Positions 26,001-38,273 of a DNA stretch of 64,000 bases are shown in pieces. This stretch comes from Lingula anatina. Its lineage: Eukaryota; Animalia; Brachiopoda. Location: the NCBI GenBank assembly GCA_051362555.1, contig CM120649.1:11470001-11534000 (forward strand), read 5' to 3'. The translations under genes were made by a program, and so were the position numbers. The notes beneath the pieces were generated by a model. That model was not told the DNA's origin, ran no database searches, and saw only the letters and a list, made by a program, of their open reading frames with translations. How positions within the stretch are numbered: position 1 is the first letter of the stretch; each line of letters starts with the position of its first letter.

Positions 26001-28195
26001 TCACTTGTGGTGAACAAGTTCTCCCCAGCAAGTGGCCTGATGCTTATTTCAGAATTCTACTGCAGGACCAAGAATCGGGATATTTAGGAAAACAGATGCT
26101 GAAATGACGCTCAAAGGGCACCATCTACAAGTTTGTCTTCACACAAAACAAGTGACTAATTTTCCACTCAGCACATTAAAATTACCCAATTAACCCAAGT
26201 ATCGACTTGCGACAGCATGCTCAGTAGGCTTGGGAGAGAGTATAGCTTTTAGACATCACCCATCCATGATGGAGCAGAGTCGGAGCTATAGGTATTGAAT
26301 TAACCATTAAGAATCAACACATTTTACCATTGGCAATTCAGTAATGGCTAGCCTTTGGTTGTCATAAAAGCAACCAAATACAGATACTGATTAAATGGGC
26401 AAATAAATGTGCTTTATCCACCATCTCCTGTCTACAACTGCACACAGATACTCCAAAGTAGATCATACATACAAAGGTAGCTTTAGGTCAATCATTGGGC
26501 AGACAAGAAGACAGCTTATGCCAATAGTACCTGTATTAAAATGAAGTATTTACATCAAACAACAATGGGCTCAGGTCGCTCTATAATAAGTAACATTTGT
26601 CATAAAGAATGGAGATGCATATTTTGCTCTTAAACAATCTTATGTGTTGTACTTAGATTAACCTAGAATTAAATTTTCATTAAATTTCATGATGAACTTG
26701 CAATAAGGTCAAGCCTGTACCTCCTAGATTTTGGAAGTAGTTGCAAACGATAAACAGGACCCCATTTACAAGGCATTATTGGCACGCTAAACACGTTTCT
26801 GTAACATTTGGTAATTGAGAAATTATGGAATTTTGCTTGAAAATCTCACGACCTTGTAATTAGCGGTCATAACCTTTACCTCTGGTGACCTTTAAATTAG
26901 TTGCAATTGATTGTTGACTTCTCATTTAGTAGGAATTGATACATTAAACATGCATGTTTTAGTGACATATGGTTACCAAGTTATAGCTAATATGATGTAA
27001 TTCACTTGGAAAATACCATGCCCTTGAAATTTTTTCATAATCTTGGCCTCTGGTGACCTTGAAAATAGTTGCAAGTGTTTGGCAGTGTCCCTCTTGGTTG
27101 ATATTGTTTCTTATAACATGTTTCTATGACAACGGGGGAACTGGCATATAGACCGTATGTTTTTTTTTGCTCCAAAAATGCTTTGACCTTGTAATAAGGT
27201 CATGACCTTGACCTCCAGTGACCTTGAGACTAGTTGCAAAAGATTGGGGATCATTCAGTTAGTAGGAGTTGATAGTTAAAACATGTTTCTGTGACATTGG
27301 GAAACTGTCATATAGATATTACGGGGTTTTTTTCCCTCCAAAAATGCTTTGACCTTGTAATAAAGTCATGACCTTGACCTTCAGTGACCTTGAGACTAGT
27401 TGCAAATGATTGGGGATCCCTCACTTAGTAGGAGTTGATACTTAAAACATGTTTCTGTGACATTGGGTTCCCAAATTATGGATTTCAAGTCCACCCACCC
27501 CATTCAATAGCGGCCATTTTGGATTTTTGTGGAAAATGAGACTTTGCCATTGGGGGATTCATGGGGGAAATTTTTTGGGCTATATTGGGCCTTCAACGGA
27601 CCAGAATCAGTTGAGAAACCTTTGTCACCAATTTTTTCCAACCTAAGTTGTTTATTGACTGGCCTTTGATCAGCCCAATGGAACATTACCCAATTAAGTC
27701 ACTGCAAATTACATAATGTAGCAGCGCAACAGGCATGAAAGTCAGTTAATTGGTAGTGACACACCTGACTGCACACTTTTACATTCACAAATCTTATATG
27801 AGATCGGAGTTTTTTGAAAAAAGAACGTATTTTTACCTAGGTATACCTTCGAAACTGAAATATTCCATATTAAATGTCAAGTCTGTATTATTTGAGTTAG
27901 ACTTACTGAAATTTCCAACATATCCACCAGAGGATATATTGAATGTCTCATTATATCCAGGCCCAGGGACGCCTGATGGCCCAGACGGGCCCGAATCCCC
28001 TGGGTTACTAAAGTGACTGGCAAGAACTGAAAATGGGAGATCAATATTCACATTCTAAGGCACATAACGGTCTTTTTGAGCGCGGAAAGGGGGGACAATT
28101 GACAATTGTAGAATAAAGTACTCATTTACTTTTCTTTTCAGTGGTAGTTTGTTAATTACTTCATTATAAGTTATATTTTGTAGGAGGATGATGAT

Positions 28196-28252
<57 letters not shown>

Positions 28253-31200
28253 GTATGCATATGTATGAAATATATGTTATTAAAATCAAACATAGAAATA
28301 AAACCCTTATTAAAAGAAGAAAGTGTATAGACATATTATATGACATTAAAGACATACATGTATAATATATAAGACATATATATCTAATAAGTACACTATA
28401 GGATAGAAATTGTTTGCTATGTTCACGTGACCCACTGTGCCCTCTTCCGCCGTTTCCAACATTGGATTGGAAACAAAACTCCACTCACAATTAGTGCTAA
28501 AGCACAGTACTTTTTCATAGGAAAAATGTACATATGGCATACAGCGGGAAAACGACGCTTACGACATTTGGCAAGGCGTCACGACATTAACTTCATCATG
28601 ATTTGGAGTCACCGTAACTTCAAATCGATGGCATGTGCCACATACAGAGTGCCTACCTGTATCAAATGTCAAGACAAAGCCTTGTGCAGTCACACTTCCG
28701 TCTGAGACAAAAGTGATATTCACCGTCCCACTGGCGAAGCTCCCAGGGTTAGCAGTACTACAATAACGATAAGGTGCCCCGAATGTGGTCGGAGCAGTGT
28801 CGGTTTCAATCTGGAAAGACAATGCATAAAACGGATTTTTTTTTAAATTTATTTATTTATTTATTTATTTTTTTTTTTTTATTTTTTTTTTTTTTTTGAT
28901 GTCTTACATTAAAAATACATAACTTTTTATATCGTGTTTACCACTTATTTAATACAAAAAGCCACAATTATGTAGTCACTGGCCATAGCGGAGGAGCTGC
29001 TTCATTTAAAGGCATAAAATGAGAGCTACACCTGTTATACGTATAGTCAATTTTCCAGGAAATGTGAACAATTTACCGGTTTGACAGGAATGGTAGTCTT
29101 AGGAATGGATATCCAGGGTCCCATGTGATTAGTACAGATTAGAGTTAGTCACAGTATTGGGTTTAGTCATCTGCACAATGTGATGAGGAACGGTTCCTAG
29201 CCGACTACCATTTCTGTCACACTGTGTGAATAAAGTGGTTATCATGTCATGTACATGCTAGACATGTACATTATATATATATATTTTTTTAATGGGTCAC
29301 AGCACTTATTTCGATATAAATAAATTAATATCAACAAATGTTTACAAAATTTTAACCACACATAAGCATATAGCCTATTACATCATATAGCTGTTGTATT
29401 GTGCGTATCAATAATTGTAGAAGAATATAGGGGAGACCGGGGCTAGTTGGCCCAGTTAAACACTTTTGGCCTTGTAGAGCCAACTACGAATGAGTTAGAG
29501 TAACACAACCAGTTTCAAAGTAAGCCCCATGAACTAAGCTACGTATGCAACGTCATTATTTTTCAAATATAATACCAGATGGCTCACAATTTGACAAAAA
29601 ACGTAGTTGACGTCAGGGGGGGGGGGCAACTTGCCCCGCCACGGGGAAAGTTGGCCCCCTATACAAAAATGGAGTAAATATCCCACGTAAACGCCTTGTA
29701 ATACATTTTTATACATTTTTAATTTATTAAATTGACTTTTGAGAGTCTCTTATGAATAAATAGTTCAAATGAGGCAGATTTATTGAGGTTTCCGTACGTC
29801 ACGTTGTAGGGGGGGTATAAGTTGCAAGAAGCAGAATATCTATCAATAAAATTTGTTTTATTTTAAGAAAGAATTTATTAATAATGGTATAAAGCAGGTT
29901 TTTTTATGAATGAAAACGAATAATAAATTTTCGTTTTAAAAGAAAGTTACATATTCAGTTTTAAACCATTGAGTTTGTTTCAACAATGGTCTCTAGCTGT
30001 GTTGCGCGCAAAGGTTTGTGGGTAATATAAGGATCCCGAGTCAAGGGGGCCAACTAGCCCCGGGTGCACACTTTTTATTTTAAAGGATGGCAGCCATATA
30101 TGGTGCAAGAATGAGCAACGATGATACGTCTTTGTGAAACTTGAAACAATGAGCTTCAGTTTGATGCCCTGTACATATATTATATTCGATCAAAAGCCTA
30201 TGAAATAGATTTTTAAATCTCTTTAACAAAATTACTTTTAGGTGCAAAAATACTTTATTTCGACTCTCCGCTTAAGTAAAACTTTTTAACGTCCGACACT
30301 TCCTTAGCATTGTAGGCTACGGTCACTTTACTAGAGTATGTGGCCTATTTTTTTTTACCTCGTAGTTACTTTGTCATAAATTGACGGGGGCCAACTAACC
30401 CCGGGGTCCAACTAGCCCCGGTCTCCCCTACTTGCGAAATGGCGGATCGGGGGGGGGGGGGGGGGGGGGGGGCACGGTAGGGCATGGACCAACGTCCCAC
30501 CCCTACCAGTAGCACAGCCCCACTAAAACCGTATAACAATCTTGATGAACAATACAATGGAATATTTTCATCCCTATAATCTACATATTACAACAAAATT
30601 GTCCCCGTGTAGGCCTACTATTCTATATTTGCCTCTCTTCATTACCTTGGCAAAATTAACCTACCCCCCTCCATTCTTTAGCAAAACCCTGGACCCGCCA
30701 GAAAGGCAATGAAAAGGACAAGAGATTATAAGACTCTTATGTTACAAACTACAAGATTACTCGCAACAGATATTTCTATGGGCCATTTTCCGCCTTTATT
30801 ACTCTCAGCGACTCTCACCATCATTTACCAAACTGACAAATCTTTTTAAACAATAACGACAAGACTAGAAAAGTGTAATCCTTCTTACCGAAACGTAGTC
30901 AAAGCAGTAACCGAACCATTCTCTTTCCAGGGAAAAAGAATCAAAGGTCACCAGAATAAAATGGTCGAAGATAGCAGACGACAACGTATACGTGCACGTG
31001 GTGTTGTCAGGGTAACGGTCCGGGTAACCTGGCGACGAGATTTGCCCACAGGTGGCGGTGATGACACCGCCACATTCTGATGAATTTAAAAAAATAACGA
31101 ATTAATAAATAAAATCATTTTCACAAGTGAAATGAAAAATTATGTTAATATTATTAATATTATTGTAATTTGTAACTTGAGGTTGGTGATCATGGTAAAC

Positions 31201-32674
31201 ACGTATGTTAAAATATATGCATTATTGTTTTCAAATAACCAATTTTAATTAATATTCAAAATGGACGGTTTAAACTGTACGCTGAACCGCCAATAAAATC
31301 GCAGCATTACTCTCACACTTCAGGATATCAAAATAACTTGGTCTTGCTTTGTCAACAAGTTGTTTTAATGAAACAGTTGGTTATATAAAAGTGGCATCCG
31401 CAATGCATGTGGACAATGCTACCACTTGTGATCGCATGAGATTTATTTTAATAAACAATTTAAAAACGATAAAAATAGCCTATTCGTAAAGAAATAAAGT
31501 TGTTTATTAGCTGTCATAGATGTCTGCCACAAAAGGACTTATGGCACTTATAATAGTTATATGTTTTTTAAAGTAAAAAAATTCAATGGTGAAAGAACAT
31601 GAAGTGTAAAGACTGAAGAAATTTTATTTCGATGTAGAACTGCTCACCTGTGATATTAACACAGTCCCCTAGTAGGCCTACTGGGCTTGTAGTTGATACT
31701 TCTATAAAAATACAACAAATAGAAATCCGAGCTTAAAAAATGTTCTGCAAAAAATATGAAATATAATAAAGAATATGAAAGGCTTATGGCATCATTCAAA
31801 TGTATAGGGCCTATCCATTTAATCACGTGATGAAGAAATAGTCTAAAATTACAAATCACATATTAGTTCTTCATCAAGATGGCCCAGATGCAGTGTAGTG
31901 GCTGTTGTTGTCAAACAGTCCATTTCTACTTCTCTCTATGTCGTAGCGTGTGGGTATTTGTACGTGCTTTATGTGTGTGTCTCTTTGTGTGTTTTTGCGT
32001 GTTTGTTTGTTCGTGTGTGTGCGCAAGTGTGTTTGTGTGTTTGTGCGTGCATGTGTGTAAGTATGGGTGCGCACGTATGTTTGCTTGTGTGCATGTGCAT
32101 TTGTGTGTATGTTGATGCTCAAACATTATATCGCATTGCCCATGTTAAGAAAAAAAACTTTCTCGTAGACTTCATACCCATGTATTATATCACTGAGTAC
32201 GTACCGGGCGTGTAGTAGGAATACGTGGCGAAGAACCCATAGCCTGACTGTGACCCGTCCGTGATAAACTGGACATCAAAGTTGTACCCATAGAAAGGTC
32301 CGGGAGGATGGACCCCACAGAATGTTCCAAACATCTGCCCATTGTCTGCGTCTATAACCTACAGATTAGAAGAGACTACGGTATCCTAGACTGCTTTGTC
32401 ACTAATGTTCTAAACACATTGATGGTGAGTCGTGGAATCCCATACCTGGGGACCACATACAAGCGCACACTCTAGCACTTACGCTACATGAAAGCGCCCC
32501 CCCCCCCTCCACTCTTTTTATTGAATGCACATTAAACCCCATGCGAAATAGCAATGTCGACATGTAATGCGGACAAATAAGAGCTAACAAGTAAAATCTT
32601 AAGTTGTCGGTTTATTTTTCAATCTGTTCCGTAAGCAGGCGCGTGCGTACACACGCATGACCACATATGTGTAT

Positions 32675-32716
<42 letters not shown>

Positions 32717-35700
32717 ACTTTTGACTCAAAGCAACAGAAACCACGAGCCCAACACACTGAAAGTAATGCGTCTCTCTTTATTTGTTCATTAGAATTTCAG
32801 TTTAAAACAAGTAAAGTGGGCTTTGGTGCAAAATTCAACAGCAATTACCAAACAAGCTTACCCTTACAAAATCATGCGTACAGCCAGAGGTTGATGGAAC
32901 GGCAAAAGCATGGAACCTTAACTCCAACAGCTGATTCGTGGGCGAGCGGATCTCGTAGGCACAGTTGAGGTTACTGCCGTAATTGTGAGGGTACCCTGGC
33001 GAGGTGAAGTCCCCGGGAGGGTTGTTGTGCGTTGAGAGGGTGCAGCCTTGAGTGAGGTAGATTGTCATAAAAGTTAGCTGCACCACCAGCAGCATACACA
33101 CTGAAAATATTAACGAAAAAATGGTTTGGCTAGCAAACTGTTCTACTGCATTAAAAAAACTGACCCATAGCTTAAATGCACAGGATGCAAAATCTAACGG
33201 CGGGGGGAGGGGGGGGGGGAGGTTAATCATTTAGCAAAAACAATTTTAATACGATGTTATGCTATGCTGTCGATTATTTTAGGAAAAATGCTTGGGTTAT
33301 ATTTTTGGAGGAGGGGGGAGAATGGGGAAAGGGGCTACCATTCTCTTAGTGATTGGCCTTGGGTGCTCAACCACAGAGAAAGAACAAAATCACAATTTAA
33401 ACCAATTTAAATCAATTAAAACCATTATTCGACAAAAAAGAGAAACTGAGCAGCACACCAAGTACCCATTGGTGTCAACGAGCGTTAATAATATCGAACG
33501 CTTCTTAAATCTTTCTATTTAGAAAACCGTGTGTGTGTTTTCTCAACGTACAAGACATTACCTGAAATCTTTACAACAAAACGAGACCAAATACCATCAT
33601 TTAGTTTTAAACTTAAAGAAAGACCAAAGGGCATTGTAGCAGGTTCAGTTTCAGAGCTATTTTTGGCTGGCCGAATGATTAATTCGTTTTGTCTCTTGGC
33701 ATGTCAATTTTACTTGAGTCGTATAAGAAGCCAGTTCTTTTCTTCAATTCTAAATTGAATTATATTATAATGTACATGTAATCTACACCCGCTTCACTTG
33801 TAACTTTTTAACAACTATTTTTGAAACAATTGCCTTAAGCTACTTGTACAAAACCACGTTCTTGAAATCATTCGTTTTGTATGCAGTATCTAGCATATCG
33901 ATTATCTGAGGGTGGGAAACTGATAAAACAATCCAATGGCCACAAAGCTAAGAAAATCCATCGATGTTTAAACTTATACCTCAATAACATGTTATATAAT
34001 AGTGAAGAATATGATTATCAAACAACAATGTTATTTCTATATTCAAACCGATGCATCAGTCAATCGCCAGTAAGTATTTATATGCACTACTTCCGGATCT
34101 AAAACGTTTCTCATGTTAGTTATTCTTTGCTACCAAGGCGAGTTTCCGGACTCCCTTGATGGAAGAGTGGACCTATACATGATAAGTTCATCAATAACAC
34201 GGTAGCATAAAAACACCCCGTGGATATACTGTTAACCTACCTTTGACCGCTGACTTCATGGAAATTTTACCATTTAATTTAAAGGTGCATCTACCTGTAC
34301 GTCAATAAAATCATGTTGCAATATGAACATCACATGCGTACATGTGCAATTCAATGCTGGAGATATCCAATGCAAAAAATAAATAAAACAAAATAAAAAT
34401 TACATCCTTCATTCCACAAAACCTTCGTCTAAGTTATTCATAACTGATCTGGCAAATTCCGTCATCAAAATGTTTCTTTTTTTTTTAATATCATCTCGGG
34501 TTTAAACAGGTCCGGGCAACTGGTGTGTACGTCTATAATCTAAGACAAATCGCATATTTGTGCACTTTAGAAAAATTCAGGATGAAGAACTATAGTACCA
34601 AGAATTATCCTTTCCCACATAAGAGTCGGACTTTTCCAATCTGTACACGGTTCTTGACCGGGTCAACTTGACCTCTGTGAACGTATATGTATTACATAAT
34701 TTAATGATAACAGGAAGTTCAGTTATAAAGTTATTCCTATTAAATATAAGAGATCGAAGCCTGCATTGCTATTTGTTGAATGCGTGGTTGGGGTATTTGT
34801 GTAGTACTCCGAATTGTGCCATGACTACTAGAGACAGAATAAATAAACAAAGGTGCAAAAGAATGACTGTTAATTTTATTGGAACATGGACTCTTTTTGT
34901 AAGATTTTTCAGTATAGGGTAGTAAAAGGTATTTCAGCTGCAGAATTGCAGTCACAGCTGATTATTCATTTTTACTTGTTAAACTAAGGAGTAAGAGCTA
35001 CTTGGTTAAACCAACCTCTTTCAATCGAAATAGCTGTTCTAGTGGAAGCTGCATTTCGATGATGAAAGATACTCGCGTCGACAGACTGTTTCAGTCACAA
35101 ACTAGTTGTGAACTACAAGATAATTTCTCTTTTCTCTTTTATGATTTAATATATTAATATATAAAGTGTTACTGCAACCAGCAACTTATTTTGAGCTGGA
35201 AAATGCTCTCAGTGTTTGAACATTTAAAAGTGCAGAGCGGGGTCATTTTGACATTTTGGGTAACAGATCGGGGTGAAGGCCCGTCTCATCATGGCGCATA
35301 ACGCTGGCGGATGCAAAATTTCGCTTAGGAAGAAGCACAAGGATGCCCCCCCCCCCCCCCCCTTTCAATTTGGTCGACATCATTTTATTTATAAAGCAAT
35401 CCACTGGAATAATAACATGTGGTACAAAGGGTTGGGGAACCGCCATGTTTTGTTAAGTTTCGCTCCTTAAACCGTAACGGGGTCACTATGTCAAGAAAAT
35501 GAAATATACATTTTATATTACAATATATTTATTAAGAGTCTAAAATACGTAAATGTTTAGCAGAATTAACAACACAAAAAAGATACCTAAAGAGGCAATT
35601 ATACACGGTCACAAGTAAGACATAACGAAAGATTTAGAAATAAGCCTATTTAAAACCAATGTTTTACGCAAAATTTATTTTTCGATATCGTAAAAAGTCA

Positions 35701-35824
35701 AATAATTAATAAATGTCACTAAAAACGGTTAGCCTATCTATCACATAATTAGTTCTACATGTAAGGCTAACCTGGTGGAATATTAAGGGCATACAAAGTG
35801 TTCCTTACCTGTCATCTTTTCCAT
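11411..35824 (-). CDS. Type I membrane mosaic protein: SP-CUB-CUB-linker-FAMeT-like-CUB-2xWSC-like-mucin-3xSushi-TM, ~1215 aa
   Basis: Exons (minus): 35824-35809, 33100-32862 and 32358-32205 (CUB1), 31076-30889 and 28810-28657 (CUB2), 28026-27907 (G/P linker), 18475-18041 (farnesoic acid O-methyltransferase-like: VFYLKTCSSAGIGL..YRAYWIEW), 17551-17349 and 16906-16756 (CUB3), 15514-15206 and 14934-14632 (WSC-like: GCW..KC..GFQYFAL..GG..ANQVY), 14219-14097 and 13847-13215 (T/S-rich plus Sushi1), 12674-12489 and 12178-11993 (Sushi 2, 3), 11658-11411 (TM plus short basic tail). Sum 3648 nt with phases consistent throughout. The first coding exon and the linker exon are least certain. Probable 5'UTR donor at 36568. 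Confidence 0.85.
15680..16122. repeat. 32-bp minisatellite, ~14 copies (intronic)
   Basis: Unit CCCCATACTCCATGAAA(T/C)TACTGGATACCTAC tandemly repeated. Confidence 0.95.
16343..16589 (+). mobile_element. Non-autonomous Helitron/Helentron-type (HINE/DINE-like) element
   Basis: 5' T-run then ACCTCCGCCAAG with a subterminal inverted copy CTTAGCGGAGGT, an internal (GTTT)n tract, a 3' hairpin GCGCTCTCGGAGTGC and a CTAGT end. Confidence 0.75.
20081..21016 (-). pseudogene. Dead Tc1 transposase
   Basis: Fragments RPPRYPLYTAKHRR, VAFFIEVRF (~VLFSDESRF), SVSIWSRF (~SVMVWGGI), VVIDENLN, LHDEVAGSHRA (~QDNARPH), LPWSSKSSHLNHIDN (~LPWPxxSPDLNPIEN). Contains stops and altered DDE residues. Confidence 0.85.
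21129..27665. mobile_element. ~6.5-kb DNA transposon with ~0.8-0.9-kb TIRs (tentatively Academ-like)
   Basis: Ends AGGCCAGT.../...ACTGGCCT. 21160-21440 is the reverse complement of ~27370-27645. TIRs are built of ~165-bp subrepeats rich in GGTCAAGGTCA/TGACCTTGA. No intact internal ORF and no clear TSD. The superfamily call rests on recalled terminus style only. Confidence 0.65.
22785..23797 (+). mobile_element. 5'-truncated non-LTR retrotransposon (LINE; RTE-X/CR1-group-like ORF2 C-terminus)
   Basis: VHLLFCKLLLGV..MVYSELGRLPL, FRTSSHSLRIEKGRY and the zinc knuckle RICQYC..VEDEYHFILIC. A frameshift near 23415 continues as YYWRRPSTFKLVQLL. 3' end is AATAAA followed by (CTATA)n. Confidence 0.85.
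28201..28250. repeat. (TC)n microsatellite
   Basis: Visible run. Similar CA/GA/TA/TAA runs at ~13089, 14262, 15161, 17008, 32681, 42858, 46265, 48207, 53543, 53994 and 56876-57070. Confidence 0.9.
29430..30428. mobile_element. ~1-kb non-autonomous Tc1/mariner-superfamily (pogo/Fot1-like) element
   Basis: 21-bp perfect TIR GGGGAGACCGGGGCTAGTTGG/CCAACTAGCCCCGGTCTCCCC with TA on both sides. Internal copies of the CAACT(A/T)GCCCC motif. Confidence 0.85.
30440..30700. mobile_element. Short MITE of the GGCGGATC...GATCCGCC family
   Basis: TGGCGGATC...GACCCGCCA flanked by GAAA on both sides. Related ends at ~11945, ~14308 and 38024-38273. Confidence 0.5.
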
Positions 35825-38023
35825 ATTATTTGGTGCCTTCGCCTTTCCAGTCCATATATACCCATATACTAGTCCTTATATCCTTCACTTGACTTCTGTG
35901 GAAAATAACGAGTGTCTTTTAATTTGTGAAATGTTGAAAATGCCGATTACATAACAAAGGGACTAAGCAAATTGTTATACTGTATTATACCCTGTTCCTA
36001 CGAAGTTTTAGGCTTAAGTGTATCTTCACGTTGCTTAAAAACTAATAATGAGTCCCGATAACTGTATGTTTTTGGAATTCGAGCAGTTGGCTCTGTTACG
36101 CTTTTGTAATCGAATTCCTGGATCCATGCTTGAAAAATATGCTTGGGCAAACTACTCATCCTGCTTTACATTTCAAAAGCACAAATAAGATCCATTATAA
36201 AACAATACAGATACACTTCATACTACTTTATGGTATTGATTGTGGTGCAGGAACATTTTAGCTTATCTTCTGTAATCGCTTGATAAAAAAGATTTTAGTC
36301 CAAATGAGCTATAACGGAAAAAATTGCCTGTGAATTCCACTTGTAATCTGTTAGTACAGCTGCTGATTAGGTCTTTTTCCGCACACGTGTGTTTATATAT
36401 AAAGAGAGAATATTTGGTGGATAAAAAATTTGCACCAATCCCATAATACGATCTCTCCAAAAATCATTCCTTGCGCTCGAGCGCACGCACGTTTGCGTGT
36501 CGGCGCATAAAATGTTTTTAAAATATTTGTAACATAACACCGTTAATTGTTTTGAATTTAAAACTTACCTTTAAACTTCAGGGAAGCTAGGCCACTTAAA
36601 TAAACCATTTATCTATCCTCATCTTCCCTCTACTGATACGATGTATTGTCAATTGCGGTGGTTCAAGATGATATGCCAAGAATACTGCACACCATACCTT
36701 AGCTCTGAAATCCGTTTAGTGTTGGTCCACGAATTGCGTTTTTTAAACCTCTCAAACTCTGTTAATATCGCTCTGCCCTTGCCGATCCACCGTTGTCTAG
36801 TTTTAAAAAGGCACTGAAAAGTGAATGAATTCCTCACGCGACAAACGCTGTTTCAGTGGGAGCTAGAGAAGACTCCAAGAACGCAGAGATTTGCCAATGA
36901 AAACGGCAACTAATATTATTAAAAAACATTAGAAGACCCGGCTTCCGTTGAATTAGTAGTCTCTTCTTTCTCGCATGAATAACTGCTATCCTGAATATGT
37001 CACCCACGTTTGTGAAGAACGCTTTAAGATATATTCTACACTAAACGGACCACAAAACGTATCCCTTAAATTGAAAGAGGTATAAATCCTTTTTACAAAA
37101 TATCCCAACGAGCACGTAACACTGAGAATCTTTCCTCGATCTGTTTGAGTCTTGTAATGTATCTAGCTGGCTAAATCATTTTTTATGAAAATAATGCCAC
37201 ACTTTTTTATGCATCGAGTCTGCAACATATAGTCTATAACGTCAACGACCATGCCGAGCCATTTGCATATAGAATTATGCCGTAATCAGTTAGTATTAAG
37301 TGTGGTGAAAGTTCAGACATACCCGGATCGTTTTTCAGTCTAGAATACCTAACCATACACACGAATCGATTAATCAAATGTGGTTACGTAACACTTTGTC
37401 TGAACTCCTCTCGCCCCCCCCCCCCCTTCCCTCACCACCATCAAGCAACTATTTTTCGAATCATTAGACATCGCTGATTATAAAAAAGCACAGTCGCAAA
37501 GTACTAAAACAAGGAGGTAATAATTTTGATTTTTTTTCGGGCGCGATTTATGCCTACGGCGTTTTAATTTGTTATTCCGTCTAACAGCACCAAGCAATTC
37601 AGTCGTTAAATTCCTTATTATCAGTGTGAATAGACCGAATAAGTAAACGCTCGGCTATCTCAGGAAGTCAGATTTGCCTGTAAAGTATGACTAAATGCAT
37701 CTAAATTTTATGCAGCAAAATAGTGTAACATCGATTTGACTCCAGTATTTATGTAACCACTTGTATTCACGCCTTGTGTCACGCATCGCACTGATGGAAA
37801 CCTCTCTGACAGACAATTATGCTTGCGGAATCGTTATCTGAAACGCTTCAGTGTTGTTCCTCTTGACCATACAATTGCCCAGGGCATTAGGCATAGAAAT
37901 CCCCAGCAGAGGCTTTGTCCGAGCAGGCACACGGACATTTGACCGGTAATTGCACCATACAAATCAGTGTCAATTGTCACTGTGATTCAGCTGCGAGGTA
38001 TTTGTTGGATCGCCCGTCCATTT

Positions 38024-38273
38024 CAGGGGCGGATCCAAGATCATTTAAAGGGGAGGGGGGATCTGCGGGTGCAATGCCCCCCCCCCCCTCACTTGGCGTG
38101 GGGTTCGGGGCCGGCTGAAGAGCCCTGAAAGATTTTGGTATTTAGGGCAAACGGTGCCATTTGGTACGGTTTAGATCTATGATTCAGCTAGTCAAAATTT
38201 TCTAATTTCAAGAGTGTAGCAGAAATCGAAGGGCAGTCAGGAACCCCTTGACCTTCCTCTAAATCCACCACTG
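38024..38273. mobile_element. 250-bp MITE (CAGGGGCGGATCC...AAATCCACCACTG)
   Basis: Imperfect terminal inverted repeats; CATTT repeated on both flanks. Confidence 0.65.

Larger units (their letters stand above)
19689..27885 (-). mobile_element. Tc1/mariner element (~1.66 kb of own sequence) split by a 6.5-kb nested insertion
   Basis: Perfect 28-bp TIRs CAGACTTGACATTTAATATGGAATATTT starting at 19689 and ending at 27885, each flanked by TA. Contains a decayed Tc1 transposase. Confidence 0.85.

Noticed and set aside
27907-28026. GPSGPSGVPGPG as a collagen domain
   Set aside because: Only 4-5 Gly-X-Y triplets, too short for a triple helix. Treated as a linker exon.
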